From Bdellovibrionales bacterium (lineage in GTDB: Bacteria; Bdellovibrionota; Bdellovibrionia; Bdellovibrionales; JAMPXM01), in NCBI GenBank assembly GCA_043739185.1, contig JAYUEN010000116.1, positions 1 to 54,363 on the forward strand: DNA of 54,363 nucleotides, in the 5' to 3' direction. Positions 41,432 to 50,179 of this stretch are shown piece after piece (positions within the stretch are counted from its first letter, which is position 1; each line of letters opens with the position of its first letter). The translations under genes and the position numbers were made by a program. The notes beneath the pieces were generated by a model that had not been told where the DNA came from, made no database searches, and worked only from the letters and a program-made list of their open reading frames with translations.

Positions 41432-42236
41432 AAAATTATTTGAATTTTTTCAGAATGACGAATTTTTAGCGGGAGCCCTCTTCTTTTTCGGCACGCTCTT
41501 TGGAAGTTTTGCTAATGTCATTATCATTCGACTTCCTGAGGGTGAGAATATTGCAAAGCCGCGAAGTGCCTGTCGAAATTGTAAGGCCCTCATTCCTTGG
41601 TACCACAATTTTCCAATCATTTCCTGGCTAGTTTTGCGAGGGCGTTGTTATAAGTGCAAAGCAAAATTTTCAGCGCGCTATCCACTCGTAGAATTTATAA
41701 TGGGAGTTGTTTTTGCCGCCTGCGGATTGAGGTATGGGATTTCTTGGAGCTTGCTTGAATCACTTATGTTCGTATTCGCGCTAGTGTGCTGTACCTTTAT
41801 AGATTTTGATCACATGATTCTGCCAGACGAATTGACCCTTTCAGGTATTGTATTGGGTCTTTTAGGTGCTTTGCTAAACCCCGAGCGAGAGTTTTTGCCT
41901 AGTCTTTACGGCGTACTTTTGGGTGGAGGGTTTTTGTGGTCGGTAGCTTATCTGTATTTCGTGATTCGAAAGCGCGAAGGTATGGGCGGCGGGGACATCA
42001 AATTGATTGCCTGGATTGGGGCCGTATTGGGTTGGACATCCATTCCAATAGTGATCATTGGTTCTAGCTTGCTTGGAGCAATTGTCGGAATTATTTTGGT
42101 CGCCGGACAAAAAGATGCGTTTAAGAAAGCCATTCCATTTGGCCCCTATTTAGTCGCAGCGGCTCTGGGCTATATGTTTTTTCATGGAGAGCGAATCGGG
42201 CAATGGTATTTGCAAATACATGGATTGGTAGACTGA
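41424..42236 (+). CDS. pilD: Prepilin peptidase / N-methyltransferase
   Basis: GSFANV.I.RLP, CxxC...CxxC, IDFDHMILPD, GMGGGDIKL, IPFGPYL. Confidence 0.95.
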   Translation: MFEKLFEFFQNDEFLAGALFFFGTLFGSFANVIIIRLPEGENIAKPRSACRNCKALIPWYHNFPIISWLVLRGRCYKCKAKFSARYPLVEFIMGVVFAACGLRYGISWSLLESLMFVFALVCCTFIDFDHMILPDELTLSGIVLGLLGALLNPEREFLPSLYGVLLGGGFLWSVAYLYFVIRKREGMGGGDIKLIAWIGAVLGWTSIPIVIIGSSLLGAIVGIILVAGQKDAFKKAIPFGPYLVAAALGYMFFHGERIGQWYLQIHGLVD

Positions 42237-42334
42237 AGTCGTGAACTTTTGCCTGCGCTTGCTAGTCCTTTGTCTCAATTGTTAGACTTTTTTTTATTAC
42301 TTCATATTTCTCGCGATTTAAGTGTCAGCCTCAA

Positions 42335-42363
42335 TTGACATTGATGGTCGCCCAATAAATAAT
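42335..42363 (+). promoter_or_regulatory. Putative sigma70 promoter of pilMNOPQ
   Basis: TTGACA-N17-AATAAT, about 120 bp upstream of pilM. Confidence 0.55.
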
Positions 42364-42483
42364 TTTATTATGGTACTAGCTTTATGGCGGTACAGTCTGG
42401 GCAAAATTTGCTCAGTCTTAAGTGGGGCTTATAAACTGTTTTTGTTTAGTGTTCATTGATTGGGCCAATAATTATTTTCAGCG

Positions 42484-43551
42484 ATGGGTTTCAAAATGTT
42501 TGGCTTTGGAAGTAAAAATTTACTGGGTGTAGATATTGGATCGAGCACTATCAAAATTGCCGAGCTTGAAAGTTCAAGAAAAGGCTATGAACTTTCAAGT
42601 TTCGGGGTGATGCCACTTGCCAGAGGTGTCATCAACAGTGGCGAAATCATTGATCCGGTAAATGTGGGGCAATCCATAAAATCTTTGGCTGCAAGCATGA
42701 AATCAAAACGCAATTTAGTAGTTTCGGGATTATTTGGCAGTGCAGTTATTGTTAAAAAGATTTCAATGCCAAAGATGGATACGAAATTAGTGGCCGAACA
42801 AATTAAGTGGGAAGCCGAGCAGTATATTCCATTCGACATCAACGATGTCACGATTGAGTACAAGATATTAAAGTCGGCGGGCTCAAGCGAGACCATGGAT
42901 ATCTTACTGGTTGCAGCCAAACAAGATCTTGTGTTTCGATATATCGAAGCGATCGAGGCTGCGCAACTCAAGCTTGAATCCTTAGATATCAACGGATTTG
43001 GATTGGCCAATTGCTTTGAGTTTAATTATGGTGTTCAGCAAGGCGTAGTTGGTCTTCTTAATTTCGGTGCGGCCTCAACTAATTTTGTGGTGATCGATAA
43101 AGGTGACGTCATTTACTGTCGCGATATTCTGATCGGCGGCTTCAATTATACCAATGATATTATGCAAACAATGAACATTAGTTTTGAAGAAAGCGAAGCG
43201 CTTAAAATTTCTGCTTCAATGGGGCAAGAAGTTCCGACTGAGGTCAATACTCAAATCATGAGCACCAACGAACACTATGTCGAAGAGGTTAAATCGAGCC
43301 TTGAGTTCTTCAATGCGGCTTCTGGTAATCTATCGGTATCTAGATTTTATGTGACCGGTGGGGGAATATTTGTGCCAGGTCTTGTCGCTTCGGTTTCTAA
43401 ATCGACCAATATTCCGTACGAAGTACTCGATCCATTTTTGAAAATTAGCTTCAACAAGAAAAATCTGAGCCCAGAATATATTGAGCAGATTCGGCCAATG
43501 AGCGCGATCGCCATAGGACTGGGATTGCGTAAAGTAGGCGACGTTGATTAA
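42484..43551 (+). CDS. pilM: Type IV pilus assembly protein PilM
   Basis: GVDIGSSTIK, WEAEQYIPFDI, actin-like fold, TGGG, AIGLGLR. Confidence 0.95.
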   Translation: MGFKMFGFGSKNLLGVDIGSSTIKIAELESSRKGYELSSFGVMPLARGVINSGEIIDPVNVGQSIKSLAASMKSKRNLVVSGLFGSAVIVKKISMPKMDTKLVAEQIKWEAEQYIPFDINDVTIEYKILKSAGSSETMDILLVAAKQDLVFRYIEAIEAAQLKLESLDINGFGLANCFEFNYGVQQGVVGLLNFGAASTNFVVIDKGDVIYCRDILIGGFNYTNDIMQTMNISFEESEALKISASMGQEVPTEVNTQIMSTNEHYVEEVKSSLEFFNAASGNLSVSRFYVTGGGIFVPGLVASVSKSTNIPYEVLDPFLKISFNKKNLSPEYIEQIRPMSAIAIGLGLRKVGDVD

Positions 43552-44164
43552 AGTAAACCTGCTTAGAAATATCGGCGGTACTCAATCGGGAGTCGGGCCT
43601 GGTGCACAAAGTGCCGGTGGTTCAGCTCAGTCCGAAGCCGTTGTAAAGCAATTGGCAATGGCAAAAGGAGTATTGCTTTTAATCCCAGCCATTATTTTGA
43701 TAGGTATCGAAAAGTATAATATTTCAATTTTAACGCAAAAGTTGATGAATAGTACTGAGCAAGTTGCGAAAGTAGATAAAGAAATTAAGTCATTCGGTGA
43801 TACTGGTCCTTTGCTTGAAAAATACGGCGCTATAAAAAGTAAACTTGAAAAGCAATTCGATGCCCTACAAGTCATTGGCAACAATCGACTTAGGGAAGTG
43901 AAAACCTTAGATAGTCTTCAAACTATTATACCCGCTCGTAATTGGATAAATGAAATGACCATTGACGAAGTTGGTCGTGTGGCTCTCAATGGGTTTTCAG
44001 AAACTCCTGACGGCGCATTTAGTTTTGTAAAAGCCATAGAAGAAAATCCCAATTTTTCTGACGTGAGTAAGGTCAATGTTTCAACTGATGAAGCACGGGG
44101 TGCAAATCGTCCCGAAGGTTTAAAAAAGTATTCATTTGAGTTCCGAATAGGAAAGTCTAAATGA
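43544..44164 (+). CDS. pilN: Type IV pilus assembly protein PilN
   Basis: N-terminal IKVNLL motif, TM, coiled coil; operon position. Confidence 0.88.
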   Translation: MIKVNLLRNIGGTQSGVGPGAQSAGGSAQSEAVVKQLAMAKGVLLLIPAIILIGIEKYNISILTQKLMNSTEQVAKVDKEIKSFGDTGPLLEKYGAIKSKLEKQFDALQVIGNNRLREVKTLDSLQTIIPARNWINEMTIDEVGRVALNGFSETPDGAFSFVKAIEENPNFSDVSKVNVSTDEARGANRPEGLKKYSFEFRIGKSK

Positions 44165-44763
44165 GAGCATATATAGAGCGTCTGGCATCATTAGAGTGGC
44201 CAAAAGTAATTCTCGGCTCAATTCTTTTGGCGGCGCTATATTATGCGACTCTCTACGACACCGGTGCACTTTTAGATGCAAAGGTTCAAGCCTCTGAAAA
44301 GCAACTTGCCGACACGATCGTCAAACTTGAGCGAACAAAATCTGCGGACAAAAATGTGAAGCTTTTCGTTCAGAAAGTTGAAGCCGCAGAACAACAGTTT
44401 CACGAAGTTATTGAATATATGCCGCCCGAAATTAATTTGGGTAATTTTCTGCAAAAGGTAAAGGATCAGGCGTCTGCGGCCGGTGCTTCCGTACAGGCAT
44501 TCAGTCCATCGAGCGATATTGAAAAGCATGATTTCTATGAAATTCGAAAATTCGATTTGCAACTCAATGGTACTTTTTCTCAATTGGCTATGTTTTTATC
44601 TAATTTGAGCAAGATGCCCCTCTTAATCACATTTGATAAGATCTCTATTGCATCACTTGGCGGAGAGTTTGACAGTCCTAAGCTTAGTTTCAAAGGAACT
44701 TTATTAGGTTATCGCTATTTGAAAGACGCGTCGGCTCCCGCTCCCGCGCCGGGTGCCAAATGA
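44161..44763 (+). CDS. pilO: Type IV pilus assembly protein PilO
   Basis: TM + coiled coil, DFYE...L.L.G.F.QL..FL..L..MP; operon position. Confidence 0.9.
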   Translation: MRAYIERLASLEWPKVILGSILLAALYYATLYDTGALLDAKVQASEKQLADTIVKLERTKSADKNVKLFVQKVEAAEQQFHEVIEYMPPEINLGNFLQKVKDQASAAGASVQAFSPSSDIEKHDFYEIRKFDLQLNGTFSQLAMFLSNLSKMPLLITFDKISIASLGGEFDSPKLSFKGTLLGYRYLKDASAPAPAPGAK

Positions 44764-45266
44764 AAAGGTCTTTATTCATAGGTATCTTTATTCTTTTTGG
44801 TTTTATGAATGGAGCCCAGGCCCAGGTTCCTCCACCGCCGCCGCCACCATCAGCTGCTGCCGCCGCAAATGCGAAAGTCGATATGAGTTTTAATTTTCCA
44901 AACTTCACGGGATTCCTCGAGCCATTTATTTACAATCCACGAGGAAGAAGAGACCCATTTGCGCAAATTTTGCCAGAACGCCAGGCCAGCCGAGGACGAG
45001 TGAACGGACCTGATTTGCCTCTTCAGCAATTCGAGCTTCAAGAACTGAAGCTGACTGGTATCATTTGGGATGTGACTCGCCCGCGAGCTATGCTGCGAGA
45101 TCCAAAAGGAAGAGTTCATATTGTTGGACCAAACGCAAAACTTGGTAGGCGCAACGGATATATCGCGGTTATTCGCGAAGGCGAACTCGTTGTTGTCGAG
45201 ACGGTTGAGCAAGATGGTCGATTGATGTCTTCGACCAAGATCGTAAAATTAGATACGAGTAACTAA
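44760..45266 (+). CDS. pilP: Type IV pilus assembly protein PilP (no cysteine, so no lipobox)
   Basis: YNP.GRRDPF, PLQQFEL.ELKLTGIIW, AML.DP.G..HIV; operon position. Confidence 0.9.
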   Translation: MKRSLFIGIFILFGFMNGAQAQVPPPPPPPSAAAAANAKVDMSFNFPNFTGFLEPFIYNPRGRRDPFAQILPERQASRGRVNGPDLPLQQFELQELKLTGIIWDVTRPRAMLRDPKGRVHIVGPNAKLGRRNGYIAVIREGELVVVETVEQDGRLMSSTKIVKLDTSN

Positions 45267-45305
45267 AAATTGAGCGAATTTAAAAAATGAAAAAGAGGTT
45301 CAAGG

Positions 45306-47405
45306 ATGAGCTTAAATAAAATATCAAACATTTGGATCAAATTAATATTAGCTCTCAGTATTGGCTTGAACTTTTCTGGTTGTGCAACTGATGAAGTCAA
45401 AAGTGATGATTCAGGTTCCTCCTCCATGGCAGCAGATTTGGACAAAACCAATTCAGATGATGCAAAAACTACCGATGCTGCGGTCAATCCAGATCTTGCA
45501 AAGGATACACTTGGAGATCCCGTAAGCGACACAGGAAAGCCCGAAGATTTTAATATGGATGAAGGCTTATCGACCGGTGCCTCTACAAAAACGGATACCC
45601 CGCCAGCAGATGGTCAAAAGTTGAATGAAATGGATATCACGGCAACTGAATCCGGTAAAAATGATAAAGCAATTGTACCTGAAGTGAGCCCAACTGAAGT
45701 GGCACCTTCTGCGAATCCGTTTAGCCAAGAAGTCGAGATAACCAATGTCAAATACAATGCCGATATAAACGGTGGAACTCTCAGTATTGAAACGTCTGCG
45801 CCCGCTACCTTTCGAAAAAGAGAGGGTGCAAATCCGAGTCAGATCGTCATTGAGGTTGCCAATGCAAAAATATCTCAGCGCTTTCTTCGTCCTTTGGTTA
45901 CAAAAGATTTTAAACAATCCATCGCGAGTGTCTACGTCTATCAAGACAAAGGAACCAATACGGCGCGATTTGTGGTTCAAATGAGAGACAACTCTTCCGC
46001 CAACGTTCAACAAGATGGCAAAACTATTTTGGTGGCCTCCCAAGCTTTTACTGGAGGATCTGGTGCTCAGGCGCAGAGTTCTTCTCCAGGTCAAGGCGGA
46101 GACAGTGGCATTAGAACTTTCAATACTCGGGGCGCGACTGACCCAAGTAAACCGCAAGCTTCTGAAGAATCCACACTTAAATTTTATGGCAGACCCATAA
46201 ATATTGAGGTTCGAGATACGCCGGTAATCGATGTTTTGAATTTCATTTCCGAGCAAAGCGGAGCTAATCTTCTCATTAGTAATGAAGTAAAAGGGCAAAT
46301 TACTTTGAAGCTCAAACAAATTCCCTGGGATCAAGCGCTTCTCTTGGTTATGAAGTCTCAGCAATTGGGATATATAAGAGAAGGCTCCGTTTTGAGAATT
46401 GCTCCGCTAGATTCTTTAAAAGCCGAATCCGACAAAGCGGCAAAAGTGATGGAGTCACAACACGATGCTGAGCCCCTCAAAGTTAAAATTATTCCGGTCA
46501 GCTACGCCAAAGTCGATGATCTCGCTCCACAGCTTCAGGCTTTTTTATCTAAACGTGGGAAAGTTGTCGCGGATAAAAGAACCAGTTCGGTCGTCATTAC
46601 AGATATTGTTGAAAATCTTGAGCGCGCTACTAATTTAGTAAAAGCTCTCGATACGCCGCCTTTTCAAGTCTTAATCGAAGGAAAGGTCGTAGAAGCGAGT
46701 CAAAACTTTTCACGCAATATCGGAATTCAATGGGGACTTACTGGTGGGCAACTTTCAACGGGCACGCAAACTCTTGCACCTAATTTAAATATTACTCCAG
46801 GATCCATTGGTAATACAGGTGCCAATATGAATCTCACTTGGGGAACCTTTGATGCGCTCGGAAGTCTTTCGGCTCAGCTGCAACTATTTGAATCCGAACA
46901 GCAAGTCCGCGTGGTTTCTTCACCTCGTATTGTAACTGTAAACAATGAAACTGCTAATATCTCGCAAACGGTCAATATTCCCGTACAGGCGATTACCCAA
47001 AGTCTCGGGCAACCGGCAACTACAACATTTACTTTTCAACCCATTGAGCTCGCTCTGAAGGTGACACCGCAAATTACTGCCGAAAGTGATGTCTTAATGC
47101 AAATTGATTTGAAGAGAGAATTTCAAGTGGGCGTAGCCGTCGGTGCGGTTCCTCCCAACATTAACAAGAGACAAGCGCAAACCAAGGTAATGGTTCGCAA
47201 TGGCCAGACAGCAGTCATCGGCGGAATTTACCAATCGGATAGCAATTCAGATGAGCAAGGTGTGCCGCTTTTGAGAAGCATTCCAGTTGTCGGTTGGCTC
47301 TTTAAAAATAAAGCTCGTCAGGAACAAAAAAACGAATTATTATTATTCTTAACGCCTCGAATTTTAAATTCGGAGCAGACGGTTAAGGCAGGAGAAGCCC
47401 TATGA
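45306..47405 (+). CDS. pilQ: Type IV pilus secretin PilQ (AMIN-like, N domains, secretin), with lipoprotein-type signal
   Basis: PWDQAL, QVLIEGKVVE, SSPRIVT.NN, LKVTPQIT, GQTAVIGGI, GVPLLRSIPVVGWLFK, ELLLFLTPRI; lipobox FSG-C26. Confidence 0.95.
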   Translation: MSLNKISNIWIKLILALSIGLNFSGCATDEVKSDDSGSSSMAADLDKTNSDDAKTTDAAVNPDLAKDTLGDPVSDTGKPEDFNMDEGLSTGASTKTDTPPADGQKLNEMDITATESGKNDKAIVPEVSPTEVAPSANPFSQEVEITNVKYNADINGGTLSIETSAPATFRKREGANPSQIVIEVANAKISQRFLRPLVTKDFKQSIASVYVYQDKGTNTARFVVQMRDNSSANVQQDGKTILVASQAFTGGSGAQAQSSSPGQGGDSGIRTFNTRGATDPSKPQASEESTLKFYGRPINIEVRDTPVIDVLNFISEQSGANLLISNEVKGQITLKLKQIPWDQALLLVMKSQQLGYIREGSVLRIAPLDSLKAESDKAAKVMESQHDAEPLKVKIIPVSYAKVDDLAPQLQAFLSKRGKVVADKRTSSVVITDIVENLERATNLVKALDTPPFQVLIEGKVVEASQNFSRNIGIQWGLTGGQLSTGTQTLAPNLNITPGSIGNTGANMNLTWGTFDALGSLSAQLQLFESEQQVRVVSSPRIVTVNNETANISQTVNIPVQAITQSLGQPATTTFTFQPIELALKVTPQITAESDVLMQIDLKREFQVGVAVGAVPPNINKRQAQTKVMVRNGQTAVIGGIYQSDSNSDEQGVPLLRSIPVVGWLFKNKARQEQKNELLLFLTPRILNSEQTVKAGEAL

Positions 47406-48142
47406 CTCAAAATGGGACGCTTCAAAAAAGCATCCTCCTAATTTTGATTATTGTCTCGGCGACAGGTTGTGGCCAAAAGGCCGTCAATTCGGCAGGGCTA
47501 ACAATTGCGGTGAGCCCGGCCGCAAGTTATATCCTTCCGGGAACAGCTTCAAACTGCGGGGATTATCAGACTTTTAAAGCTGCATTGAGTACCGCTACGA
47601 CAACTGTCCCCACACTTTCGACCTCAATATCTCAACTTCGCGTTAGCTTTCCTAGGTTTCAACTCACTTGGTCCAATGACACTTTACTTTATATTGCCTA
47701 TTTGCAGTTTACCATTACCTCGCCGCAATTTAACGGCGGTATTTTTACCTACAATGTAGCCGGTGCCGAACTTTCAGCACTCTTAGGAAATGCGACGAAT
47801 ACATTTGCCGGTCAGAAATCAATGTTCAATTCGACCGACCTAATTAAGGATGCAAATTCCTACGGTACCATATTTAGCAATGATATCGGCCGCGACTGTT
47901 CAACCGGTGGCAAAAGTTTAGTAACCGGCGAAACTTGCACTTATCAAGCTAAAGTCACCAATAAGAATTACGCCGCGTGCGGATTGCAAATTGGCGGCAT
48001 TTCATTAACCAATACGAAAGCATCAGCATTTACCGCGCCTTTCACGCTGAAATTGATCGGCTATTCGATGGATGCGAACTACAATCAAACTCCTCTCCAG
48101 ACTACAGCTTCTGGTACGGTAACCTTTAATGGAATACAATAA
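47402..48142 (+). CDS. Thr/Ser/Gly-rich lipoprotein coupled to pilQ
   Basis: Lipobox ATG-C, ATGA overlap with the pilQ stop, beta-strand-rich composition, four further Cys. Confidence 0.7.
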   Translation: MTQNGTLQKSILLILIIVSATGCGQKAVNSAGLTIAVSPAASYILPGTASNCGDYQTFKAALSTATTTVPTLSTSISQLRVSFPRFQLTWSNDTLLYIAYLQFTITSPQFNGGIFTYNVAGAELSALLGNATNTFAGQKSMFNSTDLIKDANSYGTIFSNDIGRDCSTGGKSLVTGETCTYQAKVTNKNYAACGLQIGGISLTNTKASAFTAPFTLKLIGYSMDANYNQTPLQTTASGTVTFNGIQ

Positions 48143-48163
48143 AATCGACCCGACACTCACTAG

Positions 48164-48192
48164 TTGAAACTTAGCAAACTCAAGACTATAAC
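48164..48192 (+). promoter_or_regulatory. Putative sigma70 promoter of rarA
   Basis: TTGAAA-N17-TATAAC ending 8 bp before the rarA ATG. Confidence 0.5.
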
Positions 48193-48200
48193 TTGTTCCC

Positions 48201-49520
48201 ATGGATTTATTCGGCCATGCACATTCAAATCAAACTTCCCATCTTCCCTTAGCAGAGGCTATGCGGCCAAAAAATATTGCAGAAATGGTGGGACAGACAA
48301 AGATTTTGGGCGCGTCTTCCCCTTGGCTTAAGTTGTTTGAAAGTGGGCAAATTCCAAGTTTGATTTTATGGGGGCCGCCAGGAACTGGCAAGACCACACT
48401 TGCGACTCTCATCGCAAAAAAAATAAAGGCAGAGGTCGTTTCAGAAAATGCGATTGATTTAGGTGCAAAATCTCTTCGCGAAATTGGCGAGCAATCCAAG
48501 CGTCGATTGATTGAATTTCAAAAACGAACCTTGCTTTTCATCGATGAAATTCATCGGCTCAACAAATCTCAGCAAGATATTTTGCTTCCTTATATTGAAA
48601 AGGGCCAAATTGTTTTGATCGGCGCGACCACTGAAAACCCAAGCTATGAACTCAATTCAGCACTTTTGAGTCGCTGTAGAATTTTAGTATTTGAACCCTT
48701 AGCATCTGCTGATTTACAAAAACTTTGGCGTGCTGCTTGTGAATCTAGAAAATATTCTGATAGTGAAATTTTAGATTCTGAAGCCAGTGAGATGATTTTG
48801 GATCTTGCTGATGGCGATGCGAGGCGACTTCTCAATATGTCTGAACTGATTTTTAGTTCGAAAGAGACGCATAGTAAAGATTCAGAATCCTTAATTTCAT
48901 TTCCGCTTTCCAAAGAGGGCCTGACGCAACTTATTCAAAGCTCAAGTTTGAGATATGATAAAAACTCAGATCAACATTTTGATGTCGTTTCGGCCTTTAT
49001 CAAAAGTATACGAGGCTCAGATCCCGATGCTGGTCTGTACTATTTAGCGCGCATGATTAAAGGTGGCGAGGATCCGATTTTCATTGCAAGGCGTTTGGTG
49101 ATCCTTGCAAGCGAGGACATCGGAAACGCAGACCCTAGAGCGCTCACGCTCGCCGTCTCTGGCCTACAGGCGTGTGAGTTGATAGGATGGCCAGAAGCTG
49201 CTATTTCGCTTGCGCAGGTGGTGACCTATTTGGCCTCAGCTCCGAAATCAAATCGCAGCTATCTGGCTCTTAAAGCAGCTCAAGATTTAGTTGAACAAAC
49301 GGGTACACTTCCTGTGCCGCTTTCGCTTCGTTCAAGTAAGGCCCAAGAAATGAAAAACTTAGGCTACGGCAAAGACTATAAATATTCGCATGATTCAACA
49401 AAAGGCTATATCAAACAAAATTTTCTCCCAGAATCTATTCTAGGAAAACAATTTTACGAGCCCTCCGAACACGGATTCGAAAAAAACATAAAGCAATACA
49501 TTGAATGGCTTAAAAGTTAA
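48201..49520 (+). CDS. rarA: Replication-associated recombination protein A (MgsA/RarA AAA+ ATPase)
   Basis: PLAE.MRP, GPPGTGKTT, DEIHRLNK.QQD, GATTENP, SAFIKSIRGSDPDA, ASEDIGNADP. Confidence 0.96.
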   Translation: MDLFGHAHSNQTSHLPLAEAMRPKNIAEMVGQTKILGASSPWLKLFESGQIPSLILWGPPGTGKTTLATLIAKKIKAEVVSENAIDLGAKSLREIGEQSKRRLIEFQKRTLLFIDEIHRLNKSQQDILLPYIEKGQIVLIGATTENPSYELNSALLSRCRILVFEPLASADLQKLWRAACESRKYSDSEILDSEASEMILDLADGDARRLLNMSELIFSSKETHSKDSESLISFPLSKEGLTQLIQSSSLRYDKNSDQHFDVVSAFIKSIRGSDPDAGLYYLARMIKGGEDPIFIARRLVILASEDIGNADPRALTLAVSGLQACELIGWPEAAISLAQVVTYLASAPKSNRSYLALKAAQDLVEQTGTLPVPLSLRSSKAQEMKNLGYGKDYKYSHDSTKGYIKQNFLPESILGKQFYEPSEHGFEKNIKQYIEWLKS

Positions 49521-49822
49521 AATGGGCGTTGAGCTATAATACAAAAGCAAGGCTCTTCACCTTCAGGTGCCTTAGAATGTTTTGTATTCGAAGGAATTTC
49601 AATTCGGTCACCGGCGCGCAAAAGCAATTGGTTGCCCGAAATATTCATAAATAAGTTGCCCGAAACGACCATGCGAATTTCATCAAAAGGGTGTCTATGA
49701 TCCAATATTTTGCTATTTGCGGGTAATATTTCCTCTTCAATCTCAAGGCCTTCGCCAGCAAAAATCATCTTAATTTGTTCTTTTGTTGGCAAAAGCGGAG
49801 CCTGCCATCTGGTTACGATCAT
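49517..49822 (-). CDS. Small cupin-domain protein
   Basis: H.HPFDE...V.SG...L.AGD.IEIP.NT.H cupin motifs; GGAGA SD before the ATG at 49822. Confidence 0.85.
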   Translation of the reverse strand: MIVTRWQAPLLPTKEQIKMIFAGEGLEIEEEILPANSKILDHRHPFDEIRMVVSGNLFMNISGNQLLLRAGDRIEIPSNTKHSKAPEGEEPCFCIIAQRPF

Positions 49823-50012
49823 AAGATCTCCTAAAATATTTGAAATATTCATATCACAGTTTAGGGTGCGCCCTCAAAGTATCCTGTTTTTTTGCTCGCA
49901 AAACGCTCAAAACAGTTGAATTTCGCAAAATAACCAACTGAATTCAAAAAAGTATTGACGAAATATTCAAATTAAAGGAGTTTCAACCACTCGTCTTTGT
50001 GTTTCTGGTAGT

Positions 50013-50088
<76 letters not shown>

Positions 50089-50179
50089 ATTTTGTTTCAT
50101 TACTTTAATCTTTTTAATTGCATTAATTGGATCTTCACCGTTAACAGGGGCAGTCGAACTTTTGCTAGGTTTTTTTCTT

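Noticed and set aside
42397..42415. c-di-GMP riboswitch or sigma54 site in the pilM leader (CTGGGCAAAATTTGCTCAG)
   Set aside because: It is only an 8-bp hairpin; it lacks the rest of the c-di-GMP-I consensus, and the GG-to-GC spacing is 9 rather than 10.
45567..46364. 265-aa antisense ORF inside pilQ, and similar shadow ORFs opposite polA, pyrG, gltD, rpoN, lepB and carB
   Set aside because: Fully overlapped by well-supported genes on the other strand or frame, with no recognisable motifs.
33689..49874. Identical 10-mer GGTGCGCCCT upstream of pyrB (33689-33698) and between the cupin gene and the tRNA (49865-49874)
   Set aside because: A single 10-bp match between intergenic regions is compatible with chance, and the downstream genes are unrelated.
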